A DNA stretch of 64,000 nt from Hyalangium minutum (GTDB lineage Bacteria > Myxococcota > Myxococcia > Myxococcales > Myxococcaceae). The DNA is taken from the NCBI RefSeq assembly GCF_000737315.1, contig NZ_JMCB01000001.1, positions 496,001 to 560,000 on the forward strand. Direction: 5' to 3'. The notes beneath the pieces were generated by a model. That model saw nothing but the letters and a program-made list of their open reading frames with translations, ran no database searches and was not told the origin of the DNA. Position 1 is the stretch's first letter. Each line of letters opens with the position of its first letter. The position numbers and the translations under genes were made by a program. Shown in pieces: positions 38,648-48,174 of the stretch.

Positions 38648-39646
38648 ATGAACTCCCTTCTTCGCAAGCCGTGGTGGTTGAGCCTCGTGGCGCTGGGCCT
38701 GTGGCAGGGCTGCGGCGAGCCCCAGGCCCCCGTCGCCAAGAGCTCCAACTTGATCGTCAACGGCTCCTTCGAGGGCAAGCTGGACCCGTGGTGGACGGCC
38801 AATGACTCGGAGGGCGGCACCGGCGGCACGAGCCCCGCAGCCGCGGACATTGGCTCCTCCGGGATGGCGCTCCACAAGGGCAAGGGCGGCTGGGGCTTCA
38901 TGGTGGGCCAGGAGACGTCGGGCCACAGCGCCATGCAGACCTTCCAGTTCAAGGCCCGCATCCGAGGCGCCCAGGGTGGCGAGCGCGTCAACGTCAGCTT
39001 TCACGGCCAGAGCTTCGACGTCATCGCCGAGCCTCTCTGGCGAACGGTGGACCGGCTGGTGCTCATCCCCGATGGCGGCGGCGGAACCACGGCGATGATC
39101 ACCGCCACCTCGGACGACTCCACCGTCCATGTGGATGATGTGTCCGCCTTCTGGGTTGAGGTGGCTCGAGGCGACGCCGACAACGAGGACGGCAACCTGC
39201 TCCGCAATGCCTCCTTCGAGAGCGATCTCGGGCTGTGGACCTTCTGGGCGGACGTGCCCGAGGAAGGCCGCGCGTGGACCACGCCGGACGGGCGGAGCTC
39301 CGGCTATGCGGGCCTGGCGCTGACCCGAGGGCCCTCGGGAGCCCTCACCACCCTCAAGCAGATGCTGCAGGAGCCCGTCTTCCAGGGCGAGAAGTACCGT
39401 ATCGAGGCTCGCGTCCGCGGCGAGCACGGGGGTGAGCAGGTGAACCTGTGCTTGCAGATGAAAGACGAGCCATGGACCGGGCCCTGCATCCAGGTGACGG
39501 CTTCCACTCAGTGGCAGCACGCCTCCCAGACGGTGAGCATCGAGGAGGACCTGAACGACAAGCGCGTGGGCCTGCTGGTGTCGCTGTCCACCGAGGGCAC
39601 CGCCTACGTGGATGACGTGATCGTCGTGCGCACCCAGAAGCGCTAG
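38648..39646 (+). CDS. Lipoprotein with two CBM4/9-like carbohydrate-binding domains
   Basis: Lipobox WQGC; NLIVNGSFE...HVDDV and NLLRNASFE...YVDDV paired modules. Confidence 0.8.
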   Translation: MNSLLRKPWWLSLVALGLWQGCGEPQAPVAKSSNLIVNGSFEGKLDPWWTANDSEGGTGGTSPAAADIGSSGMALHKGKGGWGFMVGQETSGHSAMQTFQFKARIRGAQGGERVNVSFHGQSFDVIAEPLWRTVDRLVLIPDGGGGTTAMITATSDDSTVHVDDVSAFWVEVARGDADNEDGNLLRNASFESDLGLWTFWADVPEEGRAWTTPDGRSSGYAGLALTRGPSGALTTLKQMLQEPVFQGEKYRIEARVRGEHGGEQVNLCLQMKDEPWTGPCIQVTASTQWQHASQTVSIEEDLNDKRVGLLVSLSTEGTAYVDDVIVVRTQKR

Positions 39647-40833
39647 CCGCGCCCCAGGTTTTCCAGGCTGCGGTAGTACTCCCGCTGGGACTCGAAGATC
39701 CGCAGGATGTTGGTGACCACCAGGAACGACACCAGCATGACGATGCAGATCACCATCAGCACCTGCAGGGTCCGCAGCCCGGACTCGGCCTGAGACTTCG
39801 CCTGCTGCTGGAGGAGCGGCGGGAGGTGGCCCGTGCGCTCCGCCGTGGCGACCTGCCGCAGGCCCTCGCCGTCGAGCACGTCCAGCCACTCCACCACGTC
39901 CGTGAGCGAGGCACCGCTCCGCAGCCGGTGCACCGCCGCCCCCGCGCGCGACTGGAGCTTCGCGCTCCCCGTGGCCTCCAATGCCAGTTGCAGGCTGCGC
40001 GCCGCGTCCAACCCTGCCCCCAGGCACGAGCCCAGCACCTGGCAGAAGCGGCTGGCCTCGGTCTTCCGGTAGAAGCCCCCGAGCAACGGGAGGCGCAGGC
40101 GGAGCTCGGCCCAGCGATCCTCGACGCCCAGCGCGGCCAGCAGCAGCGGGAACGAGAGGGCCGTCAGCGCGATCCCCGTCACCTTCAGCAGCCGGGCGAA
40201 CAGCGAGCCGGTGAGCGCCAACGGGAGCACATCCAGGGACTTCGCCTCCTGGACGCTCCCAGCCCCATCCAGGAGCGCGCCGCCGATGAGGAAGGCCACC
40301 AGCAGGTACGCGGGATAGAGGCACATCGAGAGCGTGCGCCAGCGCAGCTTGTGCAGTTCCTGCATGCGCTCGATGACACCGGCCAGCGCAGACTCGAGCG
40401 TCCCGGACACCTCCGCTGCCTCCATGGCCGCCACCACCTGCGGCTCGAACCAAACGGGATGCCGACGCATCGCCTCGGCGAGGCCCGCTCCCTGGGAGAT
40501 GGCGGCGCCCACCTGGGCAATGGCGCGCCGGAACGGATCCTTGTCGGCGCCCCTCGACAGTTCAGTGAAGGCGATCGACAGGGGCACGCCCGCCTTCAAC
40601 ATGCTGTGCAGCCCGGTGAAGAAGGTCAGCCGCCGCCGGTGCCGGGCCATGGCCACCAGCGGGTGCCGCGCCCACGCCCGGGCCACCCGCTCCTTCACAT
40701 CGCTGGAGGCCGGAGGACGCTGCGCCGTGCGAACTCCCGGCGGCCGCGCTTGCACGCTGTTCGGACTCCGCTCCCGGCCCCGCTCCTCCTGCTGTGCCGG
40801 AGGCTTCGTCCGCGCTGGCTGCCGCTCATTCAT
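39643..40833 (-). CDS. Type II secretion system F family (PilC-like) protein
   Basis: MLKAGVPL, GAGLAEAM, AAEVSGTLE, YPAYL and AERTGHL duplicated T2SSF domains with TM helices. Confidence 0.88.
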   Translation of the reverse strand: MNERQPARTKPPAQQEERGRERSPNSVQARPPGVRTAQRPPASSDVKERVARAWARHPLVAMARHRRRLTFFTGLHSMLKAGVPLSIAFTELSRGADKDPFRRAIAQVGAAISQGAGLAEAMRRHPVWFEPQVVAAMEAAEVSGTLESALAGVIERMQELHKLRWRTLSMCLYPAYLLVAFLIGGALLDGAGSVQEAKSLDVLPLALTGSLFARLLKVTGIALTALSFPLLLAALGVEDRWAELRLRLPLLGGFYRKTEASRFCQVLGSCLGAGLDAARSLQLALEATGSAKLQSRAGAAVHRLRSGASLTDVVEWLDVLDGEGLRQVATAERTGHLPPLLQQQAKSQAESGLRTLQVLMVICIVMLVSFLVVTNILRIFESQREYYRSLENLGRG

Positions 40834-40854
40834 GGCGTGCTCTCGGGGTCCAGC

Positions 40855-41541
40855 TCAGAGCCCGTTCCGGCCCTTCGAATTGAAGGGAAGAAACAGGAAC
40901 ACGAGGATGATTCCCAGCCCCGCGGCCAGGCGCCGCCCGTCCCTGCCGCCCGTGAGTGCAATAACGAAGGGCACGAGGCAGAGCGCCCCGGCGATGGCCC
41001 ACCGCACCCACCTGATGGGGATGAACCCCAACAGCCACATGCCCGGAGTGCTCTCCAGTTCGTGTCCCCCTCTCCCCCACGGCTCATTGCGCAGCTTCTC
41101 CTTCAGCGCCGCCCGCTCGGCTTCCTCCTGCTTCTGCTGAGCCTCCTGCTGCTGGCGCCACTCCGCGTGAGCCTGCGCCTGAGCCTGCGCCTCGGACTGC
41201 CGCGACTGTCTCAGCCGCTCGTTGTACTCGCGCTGCTGGGGAGTGTTCAGGTCCGCGCCGCAGACCGTGCACGTGTCGTCATAGCGGCCGTTCTCGGACT
41301 CGCACCGGCCACAACGCGGGAAATGCTCTTCTCCCGAGGCCTCGGGCGCCAACGCCAGCGGCGCCTCGCCCCGGAAGCGCTCCAGGTGGGTCTCGGGCAC
41401 CTCGGACGCCTGGGGAGCCTCGCCCCGCCGCGCCAGCGCCTCGAAGCGGCTGCCGCTCTGAAGCTGGGAAGGCTCCTCCGGCTTCGGACGCTCTCCGCGC
41501 GAGCGCTCCAGGTGCAGGAAGCGGGAGAACTTGGACGTCAT
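40855..41541 (-). CDS. Hypothetical protein with zinc ribbon, coiled coil and C-terminal TM helices
   Basis: CGRC...CTVC, Gln/Glu-rich coil, two TM segments; ATGA overlap with the AAA gene. Confidence 0.72.
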   Translation of the reverse strand: MTSKFSRFLHLERSRGERPKPEEPSQLQSGSRFEALARRGEAPQASEVPETHLERFRGEAPLALAPEASGEEHFPRCGRCESENGRYDDTCTVCGADLNTPQQREYNERLRQSRQSEAQAQAQAHAEWRQQQEAQQKQEEAERAALKEKLRNEPWGRGGHELESTPGMWLLGFIPIRWVRWAIAGALCLVPFVIALTGGRDGRRLAAGLGIILVFLFLPFNSKGRNGL

Positions 41542-43106
41542 CGCCCGACCTCCGGCGCGCCGCCGTGCACCGATGCCGGCCGGGTCCGCCCCTTGGCCCA
41601 CACGCGCAGCCGGGAGATCTCATCTCGCATGGTGACGGACAGCGGGAACGTCTCCCGGATGGCGCGCACCAAGTGCGGCTGCGCGAGCTCCACGCTCTCG
41701 GCGAAAGCCTCGTACAGCCCGGCGATCACCGCCTGCTCGATCTCCGCGCCGCTGAAGCCGTCCGACAGCGTGGCCAGCGCCTCCAGATCATAGTTCGCGG
41801 GCGGCCGGCGCCGCCGGTGAAGGTGGATGCGGAAGATCTCCCGGCGCTCGGCCTGCTCGGGCAGATCGATGAAGAAGATCTCATCGAAGCGCCCCTTGCG
41901 CAGCACCTCGGGAGGCAGGCCTTCAATCCGGTTGGCGGTGGCCACCACGAACACGGGCGCCGTCTTCTCCTGCAGCCACGTGAGCAGCGTACCGAAGACG
42001 CGGGCGGAGACGCCGCTGTCCCCCGTGCTGGAGGAGGCCACGCCCGACAGGCCCTTCTCAATCTCGTCCACCCAGAGCACCACGGGGGCCACGCTCTCGG
42101 CGGCGCGGATGGCCTTGCGCAGGTTCTCCTCGGACGAGCCGATGAGCCCGCTGAAGATGCGGCCCATGTCCAGCCGCAGCAGCGGCAGGTTCCAGTGCGC
42201 GGAGATGGCCTTCGCGGTGAGGCTCTTGCCGCAGCCCTGCACACCCAGCAGCAGCACGCCGCGAGGCTCGGGCAGCCCGAACTGGCGGGCGCGCTCTCCA
42301 AAGGCGGCAGTGCGCTGTCCCAGCCATGCCTTGAGGTTCTGCAGGCCGCCCACGTTTCCCAGCGTCTCGTCCGGAGGGTAGTACTCGAGCAGGCCGTTCT
42401 TGCGGATCACCTGCCGCTTCTCGTCCTGGATGCGCTTGATGTCATCCACACCCAGCTTGCCGTCGTGGGCAATGGCCTTGGCGAAGGCGTTCTCCGCCTC
42501 GGAGAGCGTCAGCCCGAGCGCCGCCTTGATGATCTGATCGGCGTGCTCGCGCGACAGCTCCACGGTGGCCTTGTTGCCCTTGCGGACGACGGCGACGATC
42601 TCCTTCAGGAGATTCATCAAGTCGTTGTACCCGGGCAGGGGCACGTCGATGACGGAGACCTCCTTCTCCAGCTCGACGGGAATGCTGAGCGTGGGGCCCA
42701 GGATGATGACGGTGGTGAAGGTGCTCTTGAGGAAGTGGGCCAGCTCGCGCACGGCCCGCACCACACCCTTGTCCTCGAGGTACGGGTGGAAGTCCTTGAG
42801 CACCACCAGGGACGGCTCGTTCAGCTTCTCGATGGCCGCCAGCGCATCAATGGGGTTGCGCGTGTCGTCGGGATTGATCTGGGTCCGAGAGCCGCCCACG
42901 TTGCGCAGCCCTCGGGTGATGGACCAATGGAAGAGCGCCTTGCTGTGCGAGCGGGCCAGCTCGGACAGGATGGTGTCCACCCGGTGCTCTTCCCAGGACA
43001 CCAGATAGAGCAACGGGTAGCGAGCCCGGATCAGGATGTCGAGTTCCTCCAGCCACGGCACGGAGGGAGCGCGGGAGGAGGATGAACCGGGAGCCGCGAG
43101 CGTCAT
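41538..43106 (-). CDS. AAA ATPase, Ycf46-like
   Basis: Walker A GVQGCGKS, Walker [25 protein letters not shown], plus a degenerate N-terminal AAA module. Confidence 0.9.
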   Translation of the reverse strand: MTLAAPGSSSSRAPSVPWLEELDILIRARYPLLYLVSWEEHRVDTILSELARSHSKALFHWSITRGLRNVGGSRTQINPDDTRNPIDALAAIEKLNEPSLVVLKDFHPYLEDKGVVRAVRELAHFLKSTFTTVIILGPTLSIPVELEKEVSVIDVPLPGYNDLMNLLKEIVAVVRKGNKATVELSREHADQIIKAALGLTLSEAENAFAKAIAHDGKLGVDDIKRIQDEKRQVIRKNGLLEYYPPDETLGNVGGLQNLKAWLGQRTAAFGERARQFGLPEPRGVLLLGVQGCGKSLTAKAISAHWNLPLLRLDMGRIFSGLIGSSEENLRKAIRAAESVAPVVLWVDEIEKGLSGVASSSTGDSGVSARVFGTLLTWLQEKTAPVFVVATANRIEGLPPEVLRKGRFDEIFFIDLPEQAERREIFRIHLHRRRRPPANYDLEALATLSDGFSGAEIEQAVIAGLYEAFAESVELAQPHLVRAIRETFPLSVTMRDEISRLRVWAKGRTRPASVHGGAPEVGR

Positions 43107-43125
43107 ACCCCCAGAATACCAAGGT

Positions 43126-43740
43126 TCAGGGAGTCGCGGGCGCGGCCACCGGAGCCGCAACAGCAGTCCCCTCCTGCTCCGCCTGAACCGCCGCTGCCGC
43201 ACCCTTGCGCTGCTCGGCGGCGGCCTTGAGCTTCGTCAGGCCCGTCTGGAAGTTGTTGGCCAGCATGTTCTCGATGAAGCCCACGAAGTACCCACCGATG
43301 ACGGGGGGCAGCGTGCCTTCATCCACCCACGTGATCTGGGTGCCCCCGCCCTGGGTCGTCCAGGTGAGCGAGCCCTTCGCGTTCACTTCCTTGTCGGTCT
43401 CGATCATCTCGTCCACCCAGACGCCGGAGCCGGGCTCGCTCTTGGTGATCGTCATCTTCCCGCGCCCCATCTTCGGACCGTTCCAGGACCACCACGCACC
43501 CGGCCCGGACGCGGGGCCGCCGTACTCCCACTTCACCTCGGGATCCATGTCCTTGTTCCAGGCGGCCCAGGACGGCCATTCCTTGAGATCGCTCACGAGC
43601 GGGTAGATGTGCTCGGGCCCGGCGTTGACGAGCACCACCTGCTCGACGTGCCATTTGCGAGGCAGGAAGAACCCCACCACCACGAGCACCGCCACCAGGG
43701 CCGCGAGGCCCAGCCCGGCGATCTTCACAACGCGCTTCAT
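43126..43740 (-). CDS. SRPBCC/START-like polyketide cyclase family protein
   Basis: N-terminal TM helix; WPSW, GPGAWWSW and FQTGLTKLK. Confidence 0.85.
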   Translation of the reverse strand: MKRVVKIAGLGLAALVAVLVVVGFFLPRKWHVEQVVLVNAGPEHIYPLVSDLKEWPSWAAWNKDMDPEVKWEYGGPASGPGAWWSWNGPKMGRGKMTITKSEPGSGVWVDEMIETDKEVNAKGSLTWTTQGGGTQITWVDEGTLPPVIGGYFVGFIENMLANNFQTGLTKLKAAAEQRKGAAAAVQAEQEGTAVAAPVAAPATP

Positions 43741-43810
43741 GCTTCTTCTCCAGTGCCTAGAAGGAATACGGCGAAGGCGCGGCACCATACACCGAGCCGG
43801 CCCGACTCCA

Positions 43811-44911
43811 TCAGTAGGCCCAGGAGCCGATGGAGAAGGCGTGCGTCACCTTGTGGTTGAGCCAGAGGGCGAGCAGCGCGACAGACCACCGCAGCCAGGT
43901 CGGTCTCCGAGCGAGCCAGTCGCCCACCTGAAACAGCACGGGGAACATCACCGCGCCGAAGCGGAACGCATTGCCCAGATCTCCTTGGGGCAGCATGACG
44001 AGCAGTCCGAGCAACCCATACAGCGCGAGCACCTTGCTCCGGCGGATCAGCGCAATGGAGCCGGCGAGCCACACCGCGCCGAAGAGGTTGCGCAGGCCCA
44101 GCCACCACCCCGGCTGGTGCCACTCGTTGCCGAACCAGAGCCCCCGGAGGGCGCCCCACAGCGAGTCCACGTGGTGCCAGTTCTGTTGGGCGTGCAGCTG
44201 CGCGAGCGGATCTCCGGTCTCTCGCCACAAGAAGACAAGGAACCCACCAAAGGACAGGAGCGCGGCGCCACCCACCACCGAGAACCGAGCGAGCCGACCC
44301 AGCCACGGCCCTGGAGTGCGGGCCACCAGGAGCGCGGCGGTGATGGCGACGAAGACCCCCTGATTGCGCGTCCACACACAGAGCGCGACAAAGGCCACCG
44401 TGCGCCAGAGCTGCCTCTCCCAGGCACAAGCCAGGGCACCGAAGGACAAGAGCAGGAAGAGGCCCTCGGTGTGGTGCGAATGCAGGGCAAAGCTGGCCGG
44501 GCTGTAGAGGAAGAAGAACCAGCCCCACATCGTGCGCGGCTCGAGCGGAGAAGGCTCCACCGCACGGGCCCCCCGCGCAGACACCCACGTGACGAACGCC
44601 AGCAAGCAGAGCGAGGACAGCACGCAGCCCATCACCTGGGGCGGCAGCGTGCCTCCCAGCAGCGTGCGCAGCGCCCCCACCACGCCCGGGTAGAGGGGAA
44701 GGAAGGCGCGCAGCGCCGGGTCATACCCCTCGGTGATGATGCGGGTGTAGAGGTGCGAGTCCCAGCGGTCGATGGCCTCCAGGAACGGGAACCCGCGGCG
44801 GAACGCCGTCCAGGCCCACAGGCCGAAGTGGTGCACCAGCATCAACGCGGTGAGCCCCAGCGCCACGGGAGCGCGGGGGACCAGGGAGACTCTCGCGTCG
44901 CCAGGCTTCAC
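43811..44911 (-). CDS. GT-C fold membrane glycosyltransferase (PIG-V/mannosyltransferase-like)
   Basis: RWDSHLYTRIITEGY...AFLPLYP and HTEGLFLLL; many TM helices. Start uncertain (GTG 44911 chosen). Confidence 0.72.
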   Translation of the reverse strand: MKPGDARVSLVPRAPVALGLTALMLVHHFGLWAWTAFRRGFPFLEAIDRWDSHLYTRIITEGYDPALRAFLPLYPGVVGALRTLLGGTLPPQVMGCVLSSLCLLAFVTWVSARGARAVEPSPLEPRTMWGWFFFLYSPASFALHSHHTEGLFLLLSFGALACAWERQLWRTVAFVALCVWTRNQGVFVAITAALLVARTPGPWLGRLARFSVVGGAALLSFGGFLVFLWRETGDPLAQLHAQQNWHHVDSLWGALRGLWFGNEWHQPGWWLGLRNLFGAVWLAGSIALIRRSKVLALYGLLGLLVMLPQGDLGNAFRFGAVMFPVLFQVGDWLARRPTWLRWSVALLALWLNHKVTHAFSIGSWAY

Positions 44912-45075
44912 GCGCGTGAGTCTCGGGTGGGAGCTGGCTGGCGGCAAGTGTCTCCTCGCCCCGCCTGGAGCGCTGGGCCTCCGTTTTCCCGCTCGGGTGC
45001 TCCTGGTAGATTCGCGCGAGGTGCCTCGCACCCGCCCCGCCCAGGGGCTTGTCCCTCCTCCCTCCCCCGAGAGCC

Positions 45076-46167
45076 ATGAACTCCTCCCCGCGTCGCAGGC
45101 CGCACCTGCTGCTTCCCCTGTTCACCTGCTCCGCCTTGCTCGTCTCCGCCTGTGGCAAGGACGACTCGAAGCCCACAGGCCCGGTCGACGTCACGGTGAT
45201 GACGCGCAACGTCTACCTGGGGGCCAACATCTTCCTGCTCTCCCAGGCCAAGACGCGGCAGGAAGTGCCGAGCGTTGCCGCGCAGCTCTACGCCACGGTG
45301 CAGGCGACGAACTTCCCGGAGCGGGCCGGAGCGCTCGCGGCGGAAATCGAGGCGAAGAAGCCAGCGCTGGTGGGCCTCCAGGAGGTGTCGCTCTACCGGA
45401 CGCAGCACCCGAGCGACTTCTTCTCCAACGGGGCGGTGAACGCGCTGGTGGACTCGTACGACTTCCTCGGGCTGCTGCAGGCGAAGCTCCGCGAGCGAGG
45501 GCTGGACTACCGCGTCGCCGCGCGGGTGAAGAACGGGGACGCCGAGCTGCCGGCGGCGCTCTCGGGAAACCCGAGCGACCTCACCGACATCCGCCTGACG
45601 GACTACGACGTCATCCTCGCGCGCGGCGATGTCCAGACGTCGGAGGCGGTAGAGCAGAACTACGTGCACAACGCGCAGGTGGCCGTGGGCGGCAGCACCG
45701 TCACCTTCACGCGCGGCTTCACGAAGGTGGACGCCGAGGTGGACGGCGCGAAGTTCACCTTCGTCAACTCGCACCTCGAAGGCCTCATGCCCGCCAACGA
45801 GGAGCAGGCCCACGAGCTCGTCGGCATTCTCGAGGGCTTCCGCCAGCCGCTCATCCTGGTGGGCGATCTGAACACCGGCCCCGGCAGCTCCACCCCCGCC
45901 TACGGCATCTTCTCCGAGGCGGGCTACACCGATGCCTGGACAGTGGCGGGCTCTGGCTCCGGCTTCACGTGCTGCGTCGGAGAGAAGCTGCTGGACACCA
46001 ACACCTCCGGATTCGACGAGCGCATTGATCTGATGTTCTACGCCGGAGACGGCCTCCAGCCGGTCTCGGCCGAAGTCGTGGGTGACGAGCTGGGCGACCG
46101 GACTCCCTCGGGCCTCTGGCCCTCGGACCACGCGGGCACCGTCGTCACGTTCCGCATCAACCGCTGA
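45076..46167 (+). CDS. Endonuclease/exonuclease/phosphatase family lipoprotein
   Basis: Lipobox VSAC; MTRNVY, GLQEV, NSHLE, GDLN, RID and PSDH. Confidence 0.88.
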   Translation: MNSSPRRRPHLLLPLFTCSALLVSACGKDDSKPTGPVDVTVMTRNVYLGANIFLLSQAKTRQEVPSVAAQLYATVQATNFPERAGALAAEIEAKKPALVGLQEVSLYRTQHPSDFFSNGAVNALVDSYDFLGLLQAKLRERGLDYRVAARVKNGDAELPAALSGNPSDLTDIRLTDYDVILARGDVQTSEAVEQNYVHNAQVAVGGSTVTFTRGFTKVDAEVDGAKFTFVNSHLEGLMPANEEQAHELVGILEGFRQPLILVGDLNTGPGSSTPAYGIFSEAGYTDAWTVAGSGSGFTCCVGEKLLDTNTSGFDERIDLMFYAGDGLQPVSAEVVGDELGDRTPSGLWPSDHAGTVVTFRINR

Positions 46168-46196
46168 TCTCTCCTTCCCAACACGGGCCCATCGCC

Positions 46197-47231
46197 ATGT
46201 CCCTTCGCTCCTTCATCGAGAGCCTCTGTTCCAGTCAGTGTGCCGGCCGCGCCCCCGGCAGTGCAGGAGGAAAGGCCGCGCGGGCGCTCGTGGCACAGGC
46301 CTTCCGGGACGCGGGGCTGGAGCCCGAGGAGCAGCCGGTGCCGGGCTGCGGCGGTGCGAACATCCTCGCGCCGCTCCGGGGCGAGCAAGACCGGTGGGTG
46401 CTCGTCGCGGCCCACTATGATCACTTGGGCCACCACGACGGCCACACGTATCACGGCGCGGATGACAACGCGGCGGCGGTGGCCATCCTGCTGGAGGTGG
46501 CGCGGGCCCTGCGAAAGAACCCTCCGAAGGGCCGAGGTGTCTTGTTCGCCGCGTTCGACAGCGAGGAGATGCCCCACTTCCTCTCGGAGGAGATGGGCTC
46601 GGAGTACTACGCGCGTCACCCCACCGTACCGCTGGACCGCATCGACTTGATGGTCTGCATGGACCTGGTGGGCCATGCGGTGGGCCCTGAGGGCGTGCCC
46701 GCGGAGGTGAGCCAGTGGGTGTTCGCGCTCGGGGCGGAGCGGAGTGAAGGCACCGGAGCGCTGGTGGATCGCCTCTCTCGGGCGGAGCAAGGCGTCGTCG
46801 TCCGGCGGTTCGATGCGGAGACGGTGCCTCCGCTCTCGGACTACTGGGGCTTCTGGCGCCGCAATGTGCCGTTCCTCTTCCTGACCAACGGGCGCTGGCG
46901 TCACTACCACACGCCCGAGGACACGCCGGACAAGCTGGACTATCCCAAGATCGAGGCGACAGCCCGCTGGCTGGAGCGGCTCGTGCGGGAGACGTGCGCG
47001 CGGCCCGAGGAGAAGATCCGCTTCCTGGAGAACGTGCGGGACGATGCCTCCACGCTGCGTTCGCTCATCGAGCTCACCGGAAAGCTGGAGGCGGTGTCAC
47101 CGCTGGCCGCCATGGCACGCGAGACGGCCGGACAGCTCCTCACCCACTGTGACGACAAGGGCCGCCTCGCCGAGGCACAGCGGGCGGCCCTGCAGATGCT
47201 GGTGTCCCGCATCGAGAGCGGGCTGGCCTGA
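46197..47231 (+). CDS. M28 family peptidase
   Basis: AAHYDH, GADDNAAAVA, FDSEE, DLVG, SDY and HYHTPED. Confidence 0.88.
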   Translation: MSLRSFIESLCSSQCAGRAPGSAGGKAARALVAQAFRDAGLEPEEQPVPGCGGANILAPLRGEQDRWVLVAAHYDHLGHHDGHTYHGADDNAAAVAILLEVARALRKNPPKGRGVLFAAFDSEEMPHFLSEEMGSEYYARHPTVPLDRIDLMVCMDLVGHAVGPEGVPAEVSQWVFALGAERSEGTGALVDRLSRAEQGVVVRRFDAETVPPLSDYWGFWRRNVPFLFLTNGRWRHYHTPEDTPDKLDYPKIEATARWLERLVRETCARPEEKIRFLENVRDDASTLRSLIELTGKLEAVSPLAAMARETAGQLLTHCDDKGRLAEAQRAALQMLVSRIESGLA

Positions 47232-47232
47232 G

Positions 47233-47754
47233 CTACCGGGTGATGTTGAAGAAGCTCTTGAGGACGTGGCCGCTCCTCACGTCCCAGAGGATGACCTGGT
47301 TCTGGCGGATGAAGTAGCTGTCGCCCGCCTTGAAGGTCTGGCTCTGGCCCGTCTCATCGGTGAGGGTGACTTCACCCTCGAGGATGGTGGCGTGCTCGGT
47401 GAACGGGAAGGTGACGCGGATCCGTCCGGAGGTGGCCATGAAGATGCCGGAGGCCACGTTGCCCTCGCGGAAGTCGAAGCGGCCATAGAGCTCCGGCGAG
47501 CCGGAGATCACCTCGCCCCCCAGCACCGCGGGAGGACCGAGCCACATCAAGGTGGACCGATCCACGGGAGACCTCGGCGAGTACATGCGCATCTCCTCCA
47601 CGGCAAGGGTCACGGCCTCGGTGTCGGTCTCGCTCACGAGCGAGCCCGGTGTCAGTTCCTCGAAGCGGCTTGTCGCCACGGCGTTGTTGCCGCGAGGCAG
47701 GAGAACGCCCGGGTGGAAGCGCGTGCCGCTGCTGGGAGTGTGCTGTTCGGACAT
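47233..47754 (-). CDS. Cupin domain protein (DUF861/EutQ-like)
   Basis: SGIFMAT...FPFTEHATILEGEVTLTDETG...FKAGDSYFI. Confidence 0.8.
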   Translation of the reverse strand: MSEQHTPSSGTRFHPGVLLPRGNNAVATSRFEELTPGSLVSETDTEAVTLAVEEMRMYSPRSPVDRSTLMWLGPPAVLGGEVISGSPELYGRFDFREGNVASGIFMATSGRIRVTFPFTEHATILEGEVTLTDETGQSQTFKAGDSYFIRQNQVILWDVRSGHVLKSFFNITR

Positions 47755-48174
47755 GAGATTCTCCGGATCGGTCTAGGGTGAGGGTCGAGCTGCGCCCAGT
47801 ACTAACGGGCACGGCCCATTAAGCCGTAGCGAACCATTCGTGGGGACTCGTATACGCAGAGGCGGGGAGGATGCGAGCGCTTGTACGCGCGCTCGGCAGC
47901 TCTCGATTTCTCAGCTGGAAAGAAAACCCAGCTGTGTCTCCATCACCTCAGAGGTCTCCTGATGAACACTCGCGCGCGAGTATGTATCACGAGGTTGCAC
48001 GCGGTGTGACGGGCCCACGGGTCGGAGTGTTGGTACGCCCATGAGTCAGAGCCTGGGGACACAACATCGCCACTTATCAGCGAGGTGAAGGAGCAGACCA
48101 GGACTCGAAGGTGCATGCACGAGTGCGCAAGAAGCTCCCGGAGCCCGCCCCGCCGCCTCCTTAGGCTGATATGC

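Noticed and set aside
28490-43740. Secondary-metabolite cluster (P450, amine oxidase, SnoaL, SRPBCC)
   Set aside because: No PKS, NRPS, terpene synthase or RiPP core enzyme; the genes are scattered among unrelated loci.
47826-47862. gcgaaccattcgtggggac...gcagagg resembles part of the c-di-GMP-I riboswitch
   Set aside because: The GNRA tetraloop and second stem are missing and the spacing is wrong; an Infernal scan would settle it.
48070-48120. cttatc...gaggtgaaggagca resembles SAM-I or glycine riboswitch fragments
   Set aside because: Lacks the SAM-I GGCAAC/GUGC/GAUGA core and the glycine CCGAAG...CUCUCAGG architecture.
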